Under the pieces are notes generated by a model that was not told the origin of the DNA, searched no databases, and saw only the letters and a program-made list of their open reading frames with translations. A stretch of 64,000 nucleotides of DNA from Parcubacteria group bacterium LiPW_41 (lineage in GTDB: Bacteria; Patescibacteriota; Minisyncoccia; UBA6257; GWB1-50-10): positions 103,462 through 167,461 of the forward strand of contig VMEM01000001.1 in the NCBI GenBank assembly GCA_007375535.1, read 5' to 3'. The position numbers and the translations under genes are program-made. This document shows, piece by piece, positions 9,561 to 20,203 of the stretch; position 1 is the stretch's first letter; each line of letters begins with the position of its first letter.

Positions 9561-9902
9561 ATGAGTTTTTCAAACGAACAAACAGAAGAATTGAAGGTAA
9601 AACTTCTTGAAGAGAAAAAACGAATTCTTTCTCACCTCAAAACTGCGAAAAAGAATTCAAGTTTCGGAGAAAATATTGATGACACAGACGACGAAACAGA
9701 GGAAACAGAGGAGTTTGCAAATTACCTTGGTGTCGAACGAGTAGAAGAAGATGCAATTCACGACATCGACGTCGCACTAGAAAAAATGAAGGAAGGATTG
9801 TATGGAGCTTGTGAACAATGTGGAAACCAAATCTCTTATGAACTTCTTTCAATAGAACCTGAATCTGCACTCTGTAAAGAATGTAAACTTGCAGAAAAAT
9901 AG
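9561..9902 (+). CDS. TraR/DksA C4 zinc-finger protein
   Basis: Coiled coil with acidic tip; YGACEQCG...LCKEC. Confidence 0.88.
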   Translation: MSFSNEQTEELKVKLLEEKKRILSHLKTAKKNSSFGENIDDTDDETEETEEFANYLGVERVEEDAIHDIDVALEKMKEGLYGACEQCGNQISYELLSIEPESALCKECKLAEK

Positions 9903-9905
9903 TCC

Positions 9906-11432
9906 ATGAGTGTTCCTAAAATTTTCTCCGCAGAGCTTGAGGGAATTGAGGCAGAACTCGTTGAGGTGGAGGCCGACTTACATGTCGGCCTCCATTCGTT
10001 TAATATTGTCGGTCTCGCGGACAAGGCGGTCTCAGAAGCAAAGGAACGTGTTAATTCTGCACTTAAAAATTCTGGAATAAAACCACCCTCAAAAGAAAAT
10101 AGAAAAATAACAATAAATCTTGCCCCCGCAGACACAAAAAAAGTCGGGTCCCGCTTTGATCTTGCGATCGCCGTCGCCTATTTACTTGCAAGCGAGCAGA
10201 TAAAACCATTCAACACAAAGGAAATGTTGTTTGTTGGTGAGCTTTCTCTTGATGGAACGCTACGCCCCGTTTCTGGCGCGCTTAATGTCGCACTCCTTGT
10301 AAGGCGACTTGGACTTTCATCTATCTTTCTTCCGTTTCAATCCGCAAAAGAGGCTGCGATTGTCGATGGAATAACTATTTATCCAGTCAAAACACTAAAT
10401 GAACTTATTAATCATCTCGAAAATAGAGAGAAAATAGAACCTCTAATCCACACCGACATTACACCAACATATCCAGAAACAACTACTATGAGCGAAGTAA
10501 GGGGACAAGAAGGGGCGAAACGCGCCCTAATTATCGCAGCAGCAGGAGGTCACAATATATTAATGACGGGAACCCCAGGAACCGGAAAAACAATGCTTGC
10601 AAACGCACTACAAAGCATACTTCCACTACCAACACTAAAAGAACAAATTGAAATCACAAGTATTTGGAGTTCTACAGGACTCACTCAAGGACATTCCTAC
10701 ATTCAAAATCGTCCATTTCGATCACCACACCACTCCGCGTCACCTTCAGCAATATTAGGAGGGGGAACAAATCCAAAAGCTGGCGAAATAAGCTTGGCGC
10801 ACCGCGGCGTTTTGTTCCTTGATGAATTCCCAGAATTTCGTCGCGATGTACTTGAAGGACTTCGACAACCACTAGAAGAAGGAAGAATTTGTGTCGCACG
10901 GGCAAAAAGAGCCCTCTCATTTCCTGCACGATTTATACTTGTTGGAGCAATGAATCCGTGTCCGTGTGGATATTTTGAATCGACAGAAAAAGAATGTACA
11001 TGTACCGCACATGATGTATTACGATATCGAAAAAAATTATCAGGACCACTTCTTGATCGATTTGATATTCACATAACAATCCCGCGCGTTCCTATTGAAG
11101 AGTTAAGGAAACCAAAAGAAGAACAAAATGATACACAACAAAGAGAGCTTGTTGCGCGCGCACGAGAGTTACAACAAAAACGGTTTGAATCTGTAAAACT
11201 TCCTATTCACACAAATTCAGAAATGAGATCAAAAGATGTGGAACAATTTTCCAAACTATCAAATGAAGCGGAAGAATTTTTAAAAAAGATTTTGGAACGA
11301 AATATTCTTTCCACCCGCGGTTATTACCGAATCCTAAAAGTATCAAGAACTATAGCCGACATTGAATCGTGCGAAGAAATAAAAAAAGAACACCTTGCTG
11401 AGGCGTTTCAATACCGAATACAGAGCGAATAA
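9906..11432 (+). CDS. comM: YifB/ComM Mg-chelatase-like AAA+ ATPase
   Basis: ITINLAPAD, GTPGTGKT, RPFRSPHH, GEISLAHRGVLFLDE, MNPCPCG. Confidence 0.93.
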   Translation: MSVPKIFSAELEGIEAELVEVEADLHVGLHSFNIVGLADKAVSEAKERVNSALKNSGIKPPSKENRKITINLAPADTKKVGSRFDLAIAVAYLLASEQIKPFNTKEMLFVGELSLDGTLRPVSGALNVALLVRRLGLSSIFLPFQSAKEAAIVDGITIYPVKTLNELINHLENREKIEPLIHTDITPTYPETTTMSEVRGQEGAKRALIIAAAGGHNILMTGTPGTGKTMLANALQSILPLPTLKEQIEITSIWSSTGLTQGHSYIQNRPFRSPHHSASPSAILGGGTNPKAGEISLAHRGVLFLDEFPEFRRDVLEGLRQPLEEGRICVARAKRALSFPARFILVGAMNPCPCGYFESTEKECTCTAHDVLRYRKKLSGPLLDRFDIHITIPRVPIEELRKPKEEQNDTQQRELVARARELQQKRFESVKLPIHTNSEMRSKDVEQFSKLSNEAEEFLKKILERNILSTRGYYRILKVSRTIADIESCEEIKKEHLAEAFQYRIQSE

Positions 11433-11472
11433 ATACTGTTGGGAGTAATATAACTAAAAATATCTCTGATAA

Positions 11473-12516
11473 TTATCGAAGTATAAATGGATTTTTTGCA
11501 CTAACAATCTCAAAATGTACGTGGCATCCATTCACTGATTCCGCATTTCCAGTGCTTCCCATTACACCAATTTTCTGACCACGAGACACAACATCACCAA
11601 TATCAACAAAAGACTTCTCAAGATGTGCATACCGCGTTTTTGTTCCATTTGTGTGTTCGAGTAATGCAAACACTCCATAGCCACCATTCCATCCAGAAGA
11701 CCCATCACCAAACACCTCATCTTTTATAACAACACCGTCCGCTGAAGCAACAACTTCGGTTCCACATTTATTTGCTATATCAACTGCATTATCTTTGTGT
11801 AGCTCTCCCCAGTTCCACCCAACCGCAGGAAGAGAAAAGAAATTTCCAACATCAGGAAGATTTTTTACCAAAACATCTTTTTCTTTTGCTGTTGCATAAG
11901 GAAGAAAAATTATTCCAGCACCCTCTGAAAAAATACTGATATATGTTGGATTGAATTGTTTTATAAGACTTTGAGAAACCTCATATTTTTCGGATATAGA
12001 CACAATAGAGTCGCTTGGTTTTACAGAATACAACAATCCATTTGTTGGGAGTATGGTTATTATATCTCCTCGTTTTACCTCCTTTTTTATCTGGGGATTT
12101 GAAAGTTTTATTGTCTCAAGAGAAAGTGAAAACTTCGATGCAATCCCACGCAATGTTTCTCCTTTTTGCACTTTATAGGTTTTTATTCCGTCTCGCGCAG
12201 TTCCAATATTTGTACTGGGTTGGCTTGACCCACTCACAAAACTCTCATTCTGGGGCTCCTTGCTCTCGGTTTGTGAGTATCCCCAGACAACAGAACCAGA
12301 AATAGTCGGGTCCTGAACAACGTCCATTACTCCACCTTTTTCAAATCTTTGAACCTCAAAATCCCCATTAAAGAAAAATGAGTTAATAAAAATTACAAGA
12401 AACGAAACTAAAACACAAAAAACCACCGAAAAAAAACCAAAATATTTGGAATTTCCTTTGTTCTGGATAAATCCGCGCAAAGCGCGGAAATGTTCAAATA
12501 AATACCTAATACCCAT
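11473..12516 (-). CDS. LysM-repeat M23 family peptidase
   Basis: Two LysM repeats (YKVQKGETL, YSVKPSDSI); H..NAVD, TRYAHL, CHVHFE M23 motifs; start uncertain. Confidence 0.88.
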   Translation of the reverse strand: MGIRYLFEHFRALRGFIQNKGNSKYFGFFSVVFCVLVSFLVIFINSFFFNGDFEVQRFEKGGVMDVVQDPTISGSVVWGYSQTESKEPQNESFVSGSSQPSTNIGTARDGIKTYKVQKGETLRGIASKFSLSLETIKLSNPQIKKEVKRGDIITILPTNGLLYSVKPSDSIVSISEKYEVSQSLIKQFNPTYISIFSEGAGIIFLPYATAKEKDVLVKNLPDVGNFFSLPAVGWNWGELHKDNAVDIANKCGTEVVASADGVVIKDEVFGDGSSGWNGGYGVFALLEHTNGTKTRYAHLEKSFVDIGDVVSRGQKIGVMGSTGNAESVNGCHVHFEIVSAKNPFILR

Positions 12517-12566
12517 ACTATACCAGCGTTTTGGTTATTATTCAATAAATCAAATATAATACTTTA

Positions 12567-13373
12567 ATGAGACAAAAACTCGGACAACACTTTTTGAAAA
12601 ACAAAGAAACTCTTTCATTTATTGCATTACACACAAACATAAAAAAGGGGGACACGCTTATTGAAATCGGACCTGGGCATGGAGAACTTACTAATTTTCT
12701 CATCTCTGAAACACAAAAATGCGGCGCGTCACTCTATTGTATAGAAAAAGATACAACATTTTTTGAAAATATTGAAAAACTACTTACATCAAAAACACAA
12801 AAAAATAAGCTTTTTCGTGGTGATGTACGAGAAATTCTGCCAACACTCCCAAAATCAGAAAAAATAAACAACTATGCGCTTGTTGGAAATATCCCATACT
12901 ACCTCACCTCGTTTTTATTTAGGATAATCAGCGAACTTCCAGAAAAACCTCACACCATAACACTTCTTATACAAAAGGAGGTCGCAGAAAGACTTGTTCA
13001 AAAACCACCAAAACAAAATCTTCTTTCAATGATCATATCTTCCTTCGCTGATGCGAAGATAATAAAACGCGTCTCTCGTGGACAATTCTCGCCACCCCCA
13101 AAAGTGGATTCTGCAGTAATACAACTTGTAACACATAATCGTTACACACAAAAGGAGATTGATATCTACATAAAAACTGTAAAAATAGCATTCTCACAAC
13201 CACGAAAAACGATTTATAACAACATACGCGACAAAAAGAACGAATTAGACACCTCAGAAAAAGAGATAGCATCCATACTCCTTACTTTGGGTATCAAAGA
13301 AAATGCTCGCGCTCAAACATTAGACAAAAAAAACATGATGGCGCTTGCAAAAATGTTGTATAATGAAAAGTAA
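12567..13373 (+). CDS. rsmA: 16S rRNA m6(2)A dimethyltransferase
   Basis: LGQHFL, IEIGPGHG, VGNIPY, FSPPPKVDS. Confidence 0.95.
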   Translation: MRQKLGQHFLKNKETLSFIALHTNIKKGDTLIEIGPGHGELTNFLISETQKCGASLYCIEKDTTFFENIEKLLTSKTQKNKLFRGDVREILPTLPKSEKINNYALVGNIPYYLTSFLFRIISELPEKPHTITLLIQKEVAERLVQKPPKQNLLSMIISSFADAKIIKRVSRGQFSPPPKVDSAVIQLVTHNRYTQKEIDIYIKTVKIAFSQPRKTIYNNIRDKKNELDTSEKEIASILLTLGIKENARAQTLDKKNMMALAKMLYNEK

Positions 13374-14128
13374 TGAGGAATAAAAAAATCCTCTCATTGG
13401 TGGTCGTTCTCGCAGGCATTGCATGCTCGGCGTATCTTTTGCTTTCAAACCAAAATGTAGGAGCAAAATCCTTAACAATCACCGGCTCAGAACGTACTGA
13501 TTCACAATTTTTTGATAAAAAAAATAATCAACTATCAACAAACATTTCTGACCCTTCCTACAACATAACCGAGGAAGCTGCAAAAGAATATACCAAAAAA
13601 ATTATCCAAATGAACACTGGGGGGCAAGGAACGGGTGCGCCCGTCGTCCTTCCTACTGCTCTCGACTTTGAGACAATTGTAAAAGGATATTTATCCCAAA
13701 ACATACAATTCAAAGAGTATTCAGAGAAAGATATTCGTATTTCTCAAGATAATTCTCCAGAATCAAAAACTTCCTATCTAACAAAACTTCAAATAGCACA
13801 GAAAAAACTAGAGTCTTCGTTAAAAACGGGTTTTGTATACGCAGCCGCGCTTTTTGTTAGCGAACAAAAAAGCGATGAAATCCAAAAACACATAAATGCA
13901 TCACAAGAATATATAACAAGTATTCTAGAAATAACCGTCCCAACAAGCGCAAAACAGTTTCATATCGACTTGTTGAATATACACGAGAAAAGAAAGTTGC
14001 TCGGAACGATGCTTCTAGAGAATCCCGATGATCCACTAAAATCGGTGGTTGTTTTACAAGAAATAGAAAAACTCACAGAGAAAGAGGTGTCACTCGTCGA
14101 TTCTTTTGCTTTAATACTTAAGCAATAA
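13373..14128 (+). CDS. Hypothetical membrane-anchored protein, T4SS-cluster associated
   Basis: N-terminal TM; start overlaps the rsmA stop (TAATG). Confidence 0.65.
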   Translation: MRNKKILSLVVVLAGIACSAYLLLSNQNVGAKSLTITGSERTDSQFFDKKNNQLSTNISDPSYNITEEAAKEYTKKIIQMNTGGQGTGAPVVLPTALDFETIVKGYLSQNIQFKEYSEKDIRISQDNSPESKTSYLTKLQIAQKKLESSLKTGFVYAAALFVSEQKSDEIQKHINASQEYITSILEITVPTSAKQFHIDLLNIHEKRKLLGTMLLENPDDPLKSVVVLQEIEKLTEKEVSLVDSFALILKQ

Positions 14129-14130
14129 TT

Positions 14131-15957
14131 ATGAAAAAAATAAGCACATATATAAGTTCGTTTATAATTATTGCTTTTGTTTCTGTTCAGTTTATTCTTC
14201 CAATTCAAATCGCAAAAGCAGAAACACCAGACCCAATGAAAGAGTGTGGTATTGGCGCTCTCACTGACTTTGTTGCTAGCGGTGTTGGGGGCCTAATTAG
14301 TGATGGTCTTGGTTATATAGGAAAGGCAGCCGAAAGTATACCAGTTGTTGGTGGATTGATTGGTGGTATTTTGGGTGGCACAGAAGACCCAGTGAAAGAT
14401 AAAGAAACAAGGACAAACACACAAATTCTCTCAGTAAAAAACTGCATCCAATCACTTACCGACGCCGCATTTAAAGTTGCGCTTGCAAAACTAAAAAAAC
14501 GCTTACTTGATAGGATCACCGACGATACAATTCAATGGATTAATGATGGAGCAAAGGGAAAGCCACGTTTTATTGATAATTTTGATGACGTACTAAAAGA
14601 ATCCGCAAATGAGGCACTAGGTGACACCGCGCGCGAACTTGGACTTGGAAAGTTGTGTGATGAAAAGCTCTCATTAAAACTCCAACTCAACTTACAAAAA
14701 CCCGCCACAAAACAATTCAGAGAAGAGGCTTCTTGTACTTTAGATAAAATCGTAGATAATGTGAGCGATTTTAGTAATGACTTTAGAAATGGTGGATGGG
14801 TTGGATACACCGAAACACTATCTCCAAACAACAATAGGTTTGGACTAGAAATCCTTGCAATGGACAATTTATACTCTGCTCAGACAGAGAATGAGCAAAA
14901 AGCACAAATGCAAGCATCAAGTGGAAATGGTTTTAAAGGTGTGGAAGCGTGTGCTGTGTGGGAAGTATTCTTTGAACAAAACGATTCGAAAGCAAAAACA
15001 TCAATATTAAAAGATGTATACTCTTACACAAATGATAATGATTTTGATTTATTAAGAGACCCAACAAAAACTTTTGACGACGAAGAGCTCGCCAACTTAT
15101 TTGGAAACAGCGTTCCTGGGGCCACACCAACAGGTGCAAGATGTGAAAGAAAAGAAATCACTATGCCGCCAGTACTTGTAAAAGGGCAAGCAGAACAAGC
15201 GCTCCAAAGTGACAAAGACGTCTTAACAAACGCTGACGATCTTTCTCCATACATCTCGGCAATTTTTGACGCGGCAATTAATCGTCTTGTTAAGAGCGGC
15301 CTTGAGGGAATTGGATTAAAACAAGGAGGAGCATCTGGCGGATCATCAATACTCACAGAATCGGGGACCAATCGTCAGCCACAAACCTATGGAACCTCAA
15401 CAAGAGATCAAAATTATAAAAATTATGGGCAAGACTATCAAAATGCAACCGATATAAAAGCTAAACTACGAACAAGTATAACAAACGACACAGCAGAGGT
15501 CCGCGCTCAAATTTCACAACTTGACCAAACTCTCCCTGGATATATTGAGAGTATAAAAAATATAAAAGACAGAATGCAGTATGTTCAACAGTGCGAAATA
15601 CAAAAATCAGACAATGTACTTTCTGTTCTCAATACAACAATCCATCTTCCATGTAACTCAACAAAAACTACAGCAGAATCATTAAATAGTGTTTATGAAA
15701 GCGCAATTGACTTTCAGAAGCTTATTAATTCAATAAAAACCGCACTCACAACAAACCAAAACCTCTCGAACCTAGGAGAGAGCCAGCTCATTGCACTTGG
15801 AACACAAATAAGTAGTGGATTAGAAAAAATAAAAACAACACGTGCAAGTTTACAAGAGACAATCAACAAACTTGAAGAAATCAACACAAAAATCGACCAA
15901 CACATAAAAGCGTGCACCACCGCAACTCCAACATATACATGTCCGGCGACATTCTAA
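14131..15957 (+). CDS. Large secreted hypothetical protein with scattered Cys and C-terminal coiled coil, T4SS-cluster associated
   Basis: Signal peptide (..AKA), Gly-rich amphipathic segment, WIN.G..GKP.FI segment; precedes the VirB6-like gene. Confidence 0.65.
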   Translation: MKKISTYISSFIIIAFVSVQFILPIQIAKAETPDPMKECGIGALTDFVASGVGGLISDGLGYIGKAAESIPVVGGLIGGILGGTEDPVKDKETRTNTQILSVKNCIQSLTDAAFKVALAKLKKRLLDRITDDTIQWINDGAKGKPRFIDNFDDVLKESANEALGDTARELGLGKLCDEKLSLKLQLNLQKPATKQFREEASCTLDKIVDNVSDFSNDFRNGGWVGYTETLSPNNNRFGLEILAMDNLYSAQTENEQKAQMQASSGNGFKGVEACAVWEVFFEQNDSKAKTSILKDVYSYTNDNDFDLLRDPTKTFDDEELANLFGNSVPGATPTGARCERKEITMPPVLVKGQAEQALQSDKDVLTNADDLSPYISAIFDAAINRLVKSGLEGIGLKQGGASGGSSILTESGTNRQPQTYGTSTRDQNYKNYGQDYQNATDIKAKLRTSITNDTAEVRAQISQLDQTLPGYIESIKNIKDRMQYVQQCEIQKSDNVLSVLNTTIHLPCNSTKTTAESLNSVYESAIDFQKLINSIKTALTTNQNLSNLGESQLIALGTQISSGLEKIKTTRASLQETINKLEEINTKIDQHIKACTTATPTYTCPATF

Positions 15958-15961
15958 ATCA

Positions 15962-18517
15962 ATGCAACAATTGAAAACCCTACTACAAAAAAATAAAAAA
16001 CATATTTATCTTGGTCTCTTACTAGGGTTTGTTTTTGCTGTTGGCGCTCTCACTCCAAATGTTTCAAATGCAATTTTTGGTTTTTCACTTTCCGGAATTG
16101 TTACTGGAATCTTTAAACTTATTGCATATGTTTTTAACTTTATTGCTGGAATATTCTTTGCAATCGCAGCAGCATTTGTTAGTTTTGCACTCGATCTGAA
16201 TATGACAGTCGCCGACCCACAAATAAACGTCATTGCCGACATCGGTTGGAGAATCTCTCGTGATATAGCAAACCTTGGGTTCGTACTTCTCACTGTTATA
16301 ATGGCCTTTACCACCATCATCCGAGTGCAATCATATGGAGCAAAAAAACTTTTGTTAAATCTTATAATCGCAGCTATTGTTGTTAATTTTAGTTTTTTGA
16401 TTGCAGGAACTCTTATTGATTTTTCAAACACACTAACACATTTCTTTATTGGAAGAATTAGCCCTGGTGGTTTTGGAACGGGACTAACAGAGGTCCTTGC
16501 AAACGCTTTTGGTCCTCAAAAGTTTATGCTTGAAGAATCAGACGATCCGATTCCACCAGACCCAAGCGAAGAAGAAAGTGGTTTGGTAACATTTGGTGTT
16601 GCGGTTCTTTCCTCAATTGCTGGGTTGTTCTTTATTGTTTTCTTTACGCTTCTTGCTACCATTGTGCTTCTTATGCTTGCAGCAATGTTTTTAGTTCGTT
16701 ATGTTTTTTTAACATATCTTCTTGTTCTTGCTCCGCTTGCATGGCTTTTCTGGGTATTTCCAGCACTTAAATCACAGAATGGAAAATGGTGGGGATACTT
16801 CTGGCAATATACTTTTTTTGCGCCAGCAGCATCTTTCTTTGTTTATTTGTCACTCGTCGCAGCTGAGAGATTACAAACAATTGAATACCAAACTAAAATT
16901 GCAGGAGCTATTGGTGGGGGACTTCCTGGGATGCTTGGTAAGATAGCCCAACAAGGAACACAAATGATTGTTGTTTCTGCTCTTATGATTGGAGCAATTA
17001 CAATTGCAAAATCTATGGGTATTGCTGGGGCAGACATGGCCAACAAAGCAAAGGACGGCTTGATGAAGGGTGCAAAAACCTACGCAAAAAACCGAGCAAC
17101 CAACTTAGGAACAAGGTTCGCACAAAACAAATTTGTTGGTGGAGCAATGTCTCGTCTTGGTCTCAGTGGAAAAAATCTTAAAGGAACTGGTGAAGACGCA
17201 CAAAAGAAACGAGAGGCAGCAAAAGCAAAGCATCTTGAATATAATGACCGTCAAGCAAAAATTAAAGACAACGAGAAAAAACTCCTCAGCGGCACACTTA
17301 ACCAAACTGAATATGAAGCAATCAGCAGGGAAAATGATGCGCTTAAAGCAAGGGGCGACGAAGGGAAACTTAGTCTCCGAGAGAGAACAAAACTATTTGC
17401 CTTGGATAAAACAAAAGGTGCAGCTGCGCGTGGTCTTGGTGGCGCAATAGAAAAAACAGGAAAGGCCGTCGACAAACAAGCACAAAAGAAAATAGAAGAA
17501 ACCGGATATTACAAGGAACTTTATGGAGGCGTAAGAAAAGGAGTGTTTCCAAAAACAGATAAAAAAGATGAAAAGAAAACTGCAGCAGAACTCGAAAAAG
17601 ATCTCGAGAAAAAACTTAAAATTAAACAAGCAAAACTCGCCCTCCGCGGACCTGATGGGTTACCACGATTTAAAGATGGCGACTTAAAAGACGACAATAA
17701 AGCAATTGCCTTTGATCAACAAACAATTATAAACGCATATCGTAGCGAATTGAGAAACACATCCCCAGAAGATTTAGAAAAAATACACAAATTAGCACTC
17801 GAACAACGTTCAAAAGCAAAAACAAAAGATGAACAAACGCTCGCCAACAACAAACTTGACGCAGCTCGACAAGCAATTAAAGCTAAAACAGGAAGACTCG
17901 AGACCGCGGAACAATATGCTGAGGCACTAAAGAAGGAGAAAGACAGACGCGATGATGCTGTTGCGCTTGGCATTGAGGATAAGACTCCATATGACAAAAC
18001 CATAAATGAATACGAGGGCAAAATGAATTCTTTATTAAATAGAACCTCAAATCGCCTTGATATATTCAACAAGATGGATGACAAACTCAACAAGCTCGAT
18101 ACCGAAAGAGACAACAAACTAAAAGAGCTTGCAGAGAAAACAAAGAAATCCGCCGAAGACATAAAGAAAAGTGATGAGTTTAAACAAATTGATGATAATG
18201 TCTCAGCAGCAAAAACCCACATAAAAAGTGTTGAGTCTGCTATCACAAGTCGCGCACAAAAACTCGGAGAGCTTGATAAAAAAGTTGCTGAGTTAACCAA
18301 GATCCGACAAGAAACTGAAAATCTATCAGAGTCACAACTCAGTGGTTGGGGAGTAACACAAGAAGAAAAGGGTAAGTTAATTGAAGAGCTTGACAAGAGC
18401 CTCTTGGAAACGCAAAACGCTATTGAAAAAAAGAAAGAGAAGAAAGGAGACAGAAAAGGAGAAAAAAACAAAGACACTTATTCTAACTCCCAATTTAAGG
18501 GACCAGTAGGATTTTAA
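15962..18517 (+). CDS. VirB6/TrbL-like polytopic membrane protein with long charged coiled-coil tail
   Basis: GWRISRDIANL, LIIAAIVVNFS, VLAPLAWL..FP..KWW motifs; about 7 TM segments followed by a Lys/Glu-rich tail. Confidence 0.7.
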   Translation: MQQLKTLLQKNKKHIYLGLLLGFVFAVGALTPNVSNAIFGFSLSGIVTGIFKLIAYVFNFIAGIFFAIAAAFVSFALDLNMTVADPQINVIADIGWRISRDIANLGFVLLTVIMAFTTIIRVQSYGAKKLLLNLIIAAIVVNFSFLIAGTLIDFSNTLTHFFIGRISPGGFGTGLTEVLANAFGPQKFMLEESDDPIPPDPSEEESGLVTFGVAVLSSIAGLFFIVFFTLLATIVLLMLAAMFLVRYVFLTYLLVLAPLAWLFWVFPALKSQNGKWWGYFWQYTFFAPAASFFVYLSLVAAERLQTIEYQTKIAGAIGGGLPGMLGKIAQQGTQMIVVSALMIGAITIAKSMGIAGADMANKAKDGLMKGAKTYAKNRATNLGTRFAQNKFVGGAMSRLGLSGKNLKGTGEDAQKKREAAKAKHLEYNDRQAKIKDNEKKLLSGTLNQTEYEAISRENDALKARGDEGKLSLRERTKLFALDKTKGAAARGLGGAIEKTGKAVDKQAQKKIEETGYYKELYGGVRKGVFPKTDKKDEKKTAAELEKDLEKKLKIKQAKLALRGPDGLPRFKDGDLKDDNKAIAFDQQTIINAYRSELRNTSPEDLEKIHKLALEQRSKAKTKDEQTLANNKLDAARQAIKAKTGRLETAEQYAEALKKEKDRRDDAVALGIEDKTPYDKTINEYEGKMNSLLNRTSNRLDIFNKMDDKLNKLDTERDNKLKELAEKTKKSAEDIKKSDEFKQIDDNVSAAKTHIKSVESAITSRAQKLGELDKKVAELTKIRQETENLSESQLSGWGVTQEEKGKLIEELDKSLLETQNAIEKKKEKKGDRKGEKNKDTYSNSQFKGPVGF

Positions 18518-18520
18518 ACT

Positions 18521-19624
18521 ATGGACTACTCATTATTCACAGAAGAAATAATTGATAATCGATATGAAACTTTTCCGGCTTCATTGCGCGCAGTTTTTGA
18601 GGCAGAACAAACAAGAAAGACGCTTGCCAGTATTGAACGTGAACACTATTTGAATCCTGACAAATCTCTTATTTTAGAACAATTAGTCGGTTTAACTATT
18701 ATGGGATTTATTCCGCTTCGTAGTTTATCTCACGAAATTGGGGAGCAGCTCTTTCTTAATTTTGAACATGCTCAAGTTCTCACAAATGAGGTATACAACC
18801 GCATTCTTGCTCCATACGAGGATGAAATTGTTGAAATATATAAACCAATAGAGGAGGTTATCGCAGAAGCCGAGCAAATAGATGAAGCAAGGAATTCACA
18901 ACCAGAATCAATAGATTCTAATGAAGTAATAAAAAAGAATGAGGAAATTATAAAACCAAATTTCTTTACTCAAGAGACAAAGGAATCACCAATAAAAATA
19001 GAAACATCAGAGGATGCCCCGCTCATCATCCACGAAGAACCATCTTTTTTTAACAAACAAACAGAAGGAGATGAAAAACGACCAGAAACTCCTTTCAATC
19101 GCTTTATTCCTTCTTCGTCTGAATCCACAGAAAAAGTAGTACCAAGAGCAAAAATAGAAGGGGGGAGCAATCCATTCTCTTTTCTTAAGCCTTCACCAAA
19201 GACAGTTATACACTATGACGAAATAAGAAGTGGCCTTAAACCTGAAATTGGACCAGAAAGTGAGGTAATAAGCGTTGGAGCAATAGATCGCATGACGGAG
19301 CGCCCAATAGAAGCAGCTCAGGAGACGCCAAAAAAAGAAGAGGGTCAACAACAAATAAAGGGTTCGGAAACATTGATTACAATTCAAACTCCTGAGATTA
19401 TAAACATTGCCCCCACTATAACAACAACACCAAACAACTCCCTTCTTGAAAAAGGAGGACTACCTGAACAAGGAAAAGAAAAGAAGCCTTCTTGGATATC
19501 AAATATATTTAAAAAGAAAGAAGGGGATGAAACAAAAACACTCATTCCAGAAATACAAATAAATGAGCAAAAACCTGATGGAATTGACCCAATAATACAA
19601 GGAAACACCATAAATCTTAAATAA
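18521..19624 (+). CDS. Hypothetical protein (folded N-terminal domain plus acidic low-complexity tail)
   Basis: 367-aa ORF in the operon. Confidence 0.65.
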   Translation: MDYSLFTEEIIDNRYETFPASLRAVFEAEQTRKTLASIEREHYLNPDKSLILEQLVGLTIMGFIPLRSLSHEIGEQLFLNFEHAQVLTNEVYNRILAPYEDEIVEIYKPIEEVIAEAEQIDEARNSQPESIDSNEVIKKNEEIIKPNFFTQETKESPIKIETSEDAPLIIHEEPSFFNKQTEGDEKRPETPFNRFIPSSSESTEKVVPRAKIEGGSNPFSFLKPSPKTVIHYDEIRSGLKPEIGPESEVISVGAIDRMTERPIEAAQETPKKEEGQQQIKGSETLITIQTPEIINIAPTITTTPNNSLLEKGGLPEQGKEKKPSWISNIFKKKEGDETKTLIPEIQINEQKPDGIDPIIQGNTINLK

Positions 19625-19654
19625 ACAATCACCAAACGAGGTGATTGTTTTTTT
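19623..19654 (+). terminator. Intrinsic terminator inside the T4SS cluster
   Basis: AAACAATCACC-AAACGA-GGTGATTGTTT followed by T tract. Confidence 0.7.
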
Positions 19655-19679
19655 GTTTTCTATTACAATATATAGATAT

Positions 19680-20186
19680 ATGGCCTCTTTTCAGGTACCA
19701 CAATTTATTGAGGAGAAACCAAAAATAATATCTTTTTTTACCTTACAACAATTTCTCCTTCTTGGTGGAGCAGCGATTGCTTCAATTGTTCTGTATTATA
19801 TCTTTTCAATGTTTTTGTGGGTGATTCTCTCTGCATTAATAGTTGGAAGCGCTATTGCTTTGGGGTTTGTAAAAATAAACGGACAAGAACTCCCAAAAGT
19901 TGTTCGGGCTGCGTTTCGTTACTACTGGAACCCACGAAGATATGTATGGCAACGAGCAATGGAGGAAACATCACTTGATACAAGCTCTCTCGAAAAAATT
20001 TCATCCCTGCGTCGCTCGATGAGCATCCAAGAAAAATTCAAAAAAATAGCCGACTCTATTACAACAGGAAAAATTTTCAAACCAGAGGACTCTCTTCCTG
20101 ATGGAACAAAATTACCAAAGGGTAAGTACGAAGTCGTCACCTATCTCACCGGAGAGAAACGAGCTGCAAAACGGGTTGATTTCTAA
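19680..20186 (+). CDS. PrgI family (VirB3-like) membrane protein
   Basis: FQVPQFIE.K.KI...FTL.QF, two TM helices, PRRYVW. Confidence 0.85.
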   Translation: MASFQVPQFIEEKPKIISFFTLQQFLLLGGAAIASIVLYYIFSMFLWVILSALIVGSAIALGFVKINGQELPKVVRAAFRYYWNPRRYVWQRAMEETSLDTSSLEKISSLRRSMSIQEKFKKIADSITTGKIFKPEDSLPDGTKLPKGKYEVVTYLTGEKRAAKRVDF

Positions 20187-20203
20187 TCGTGTACAATAAA
20201 ACT

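Noticed and set aside
17716-18477. 253-aa antisense ORF (likewise 35038-35739, 25661-26218, 42366-42899, 56599-57111)
   Set aside because: Shadow frames opposite well-supported genes, with Ser/Phe/Leu-biased composition and no motifs
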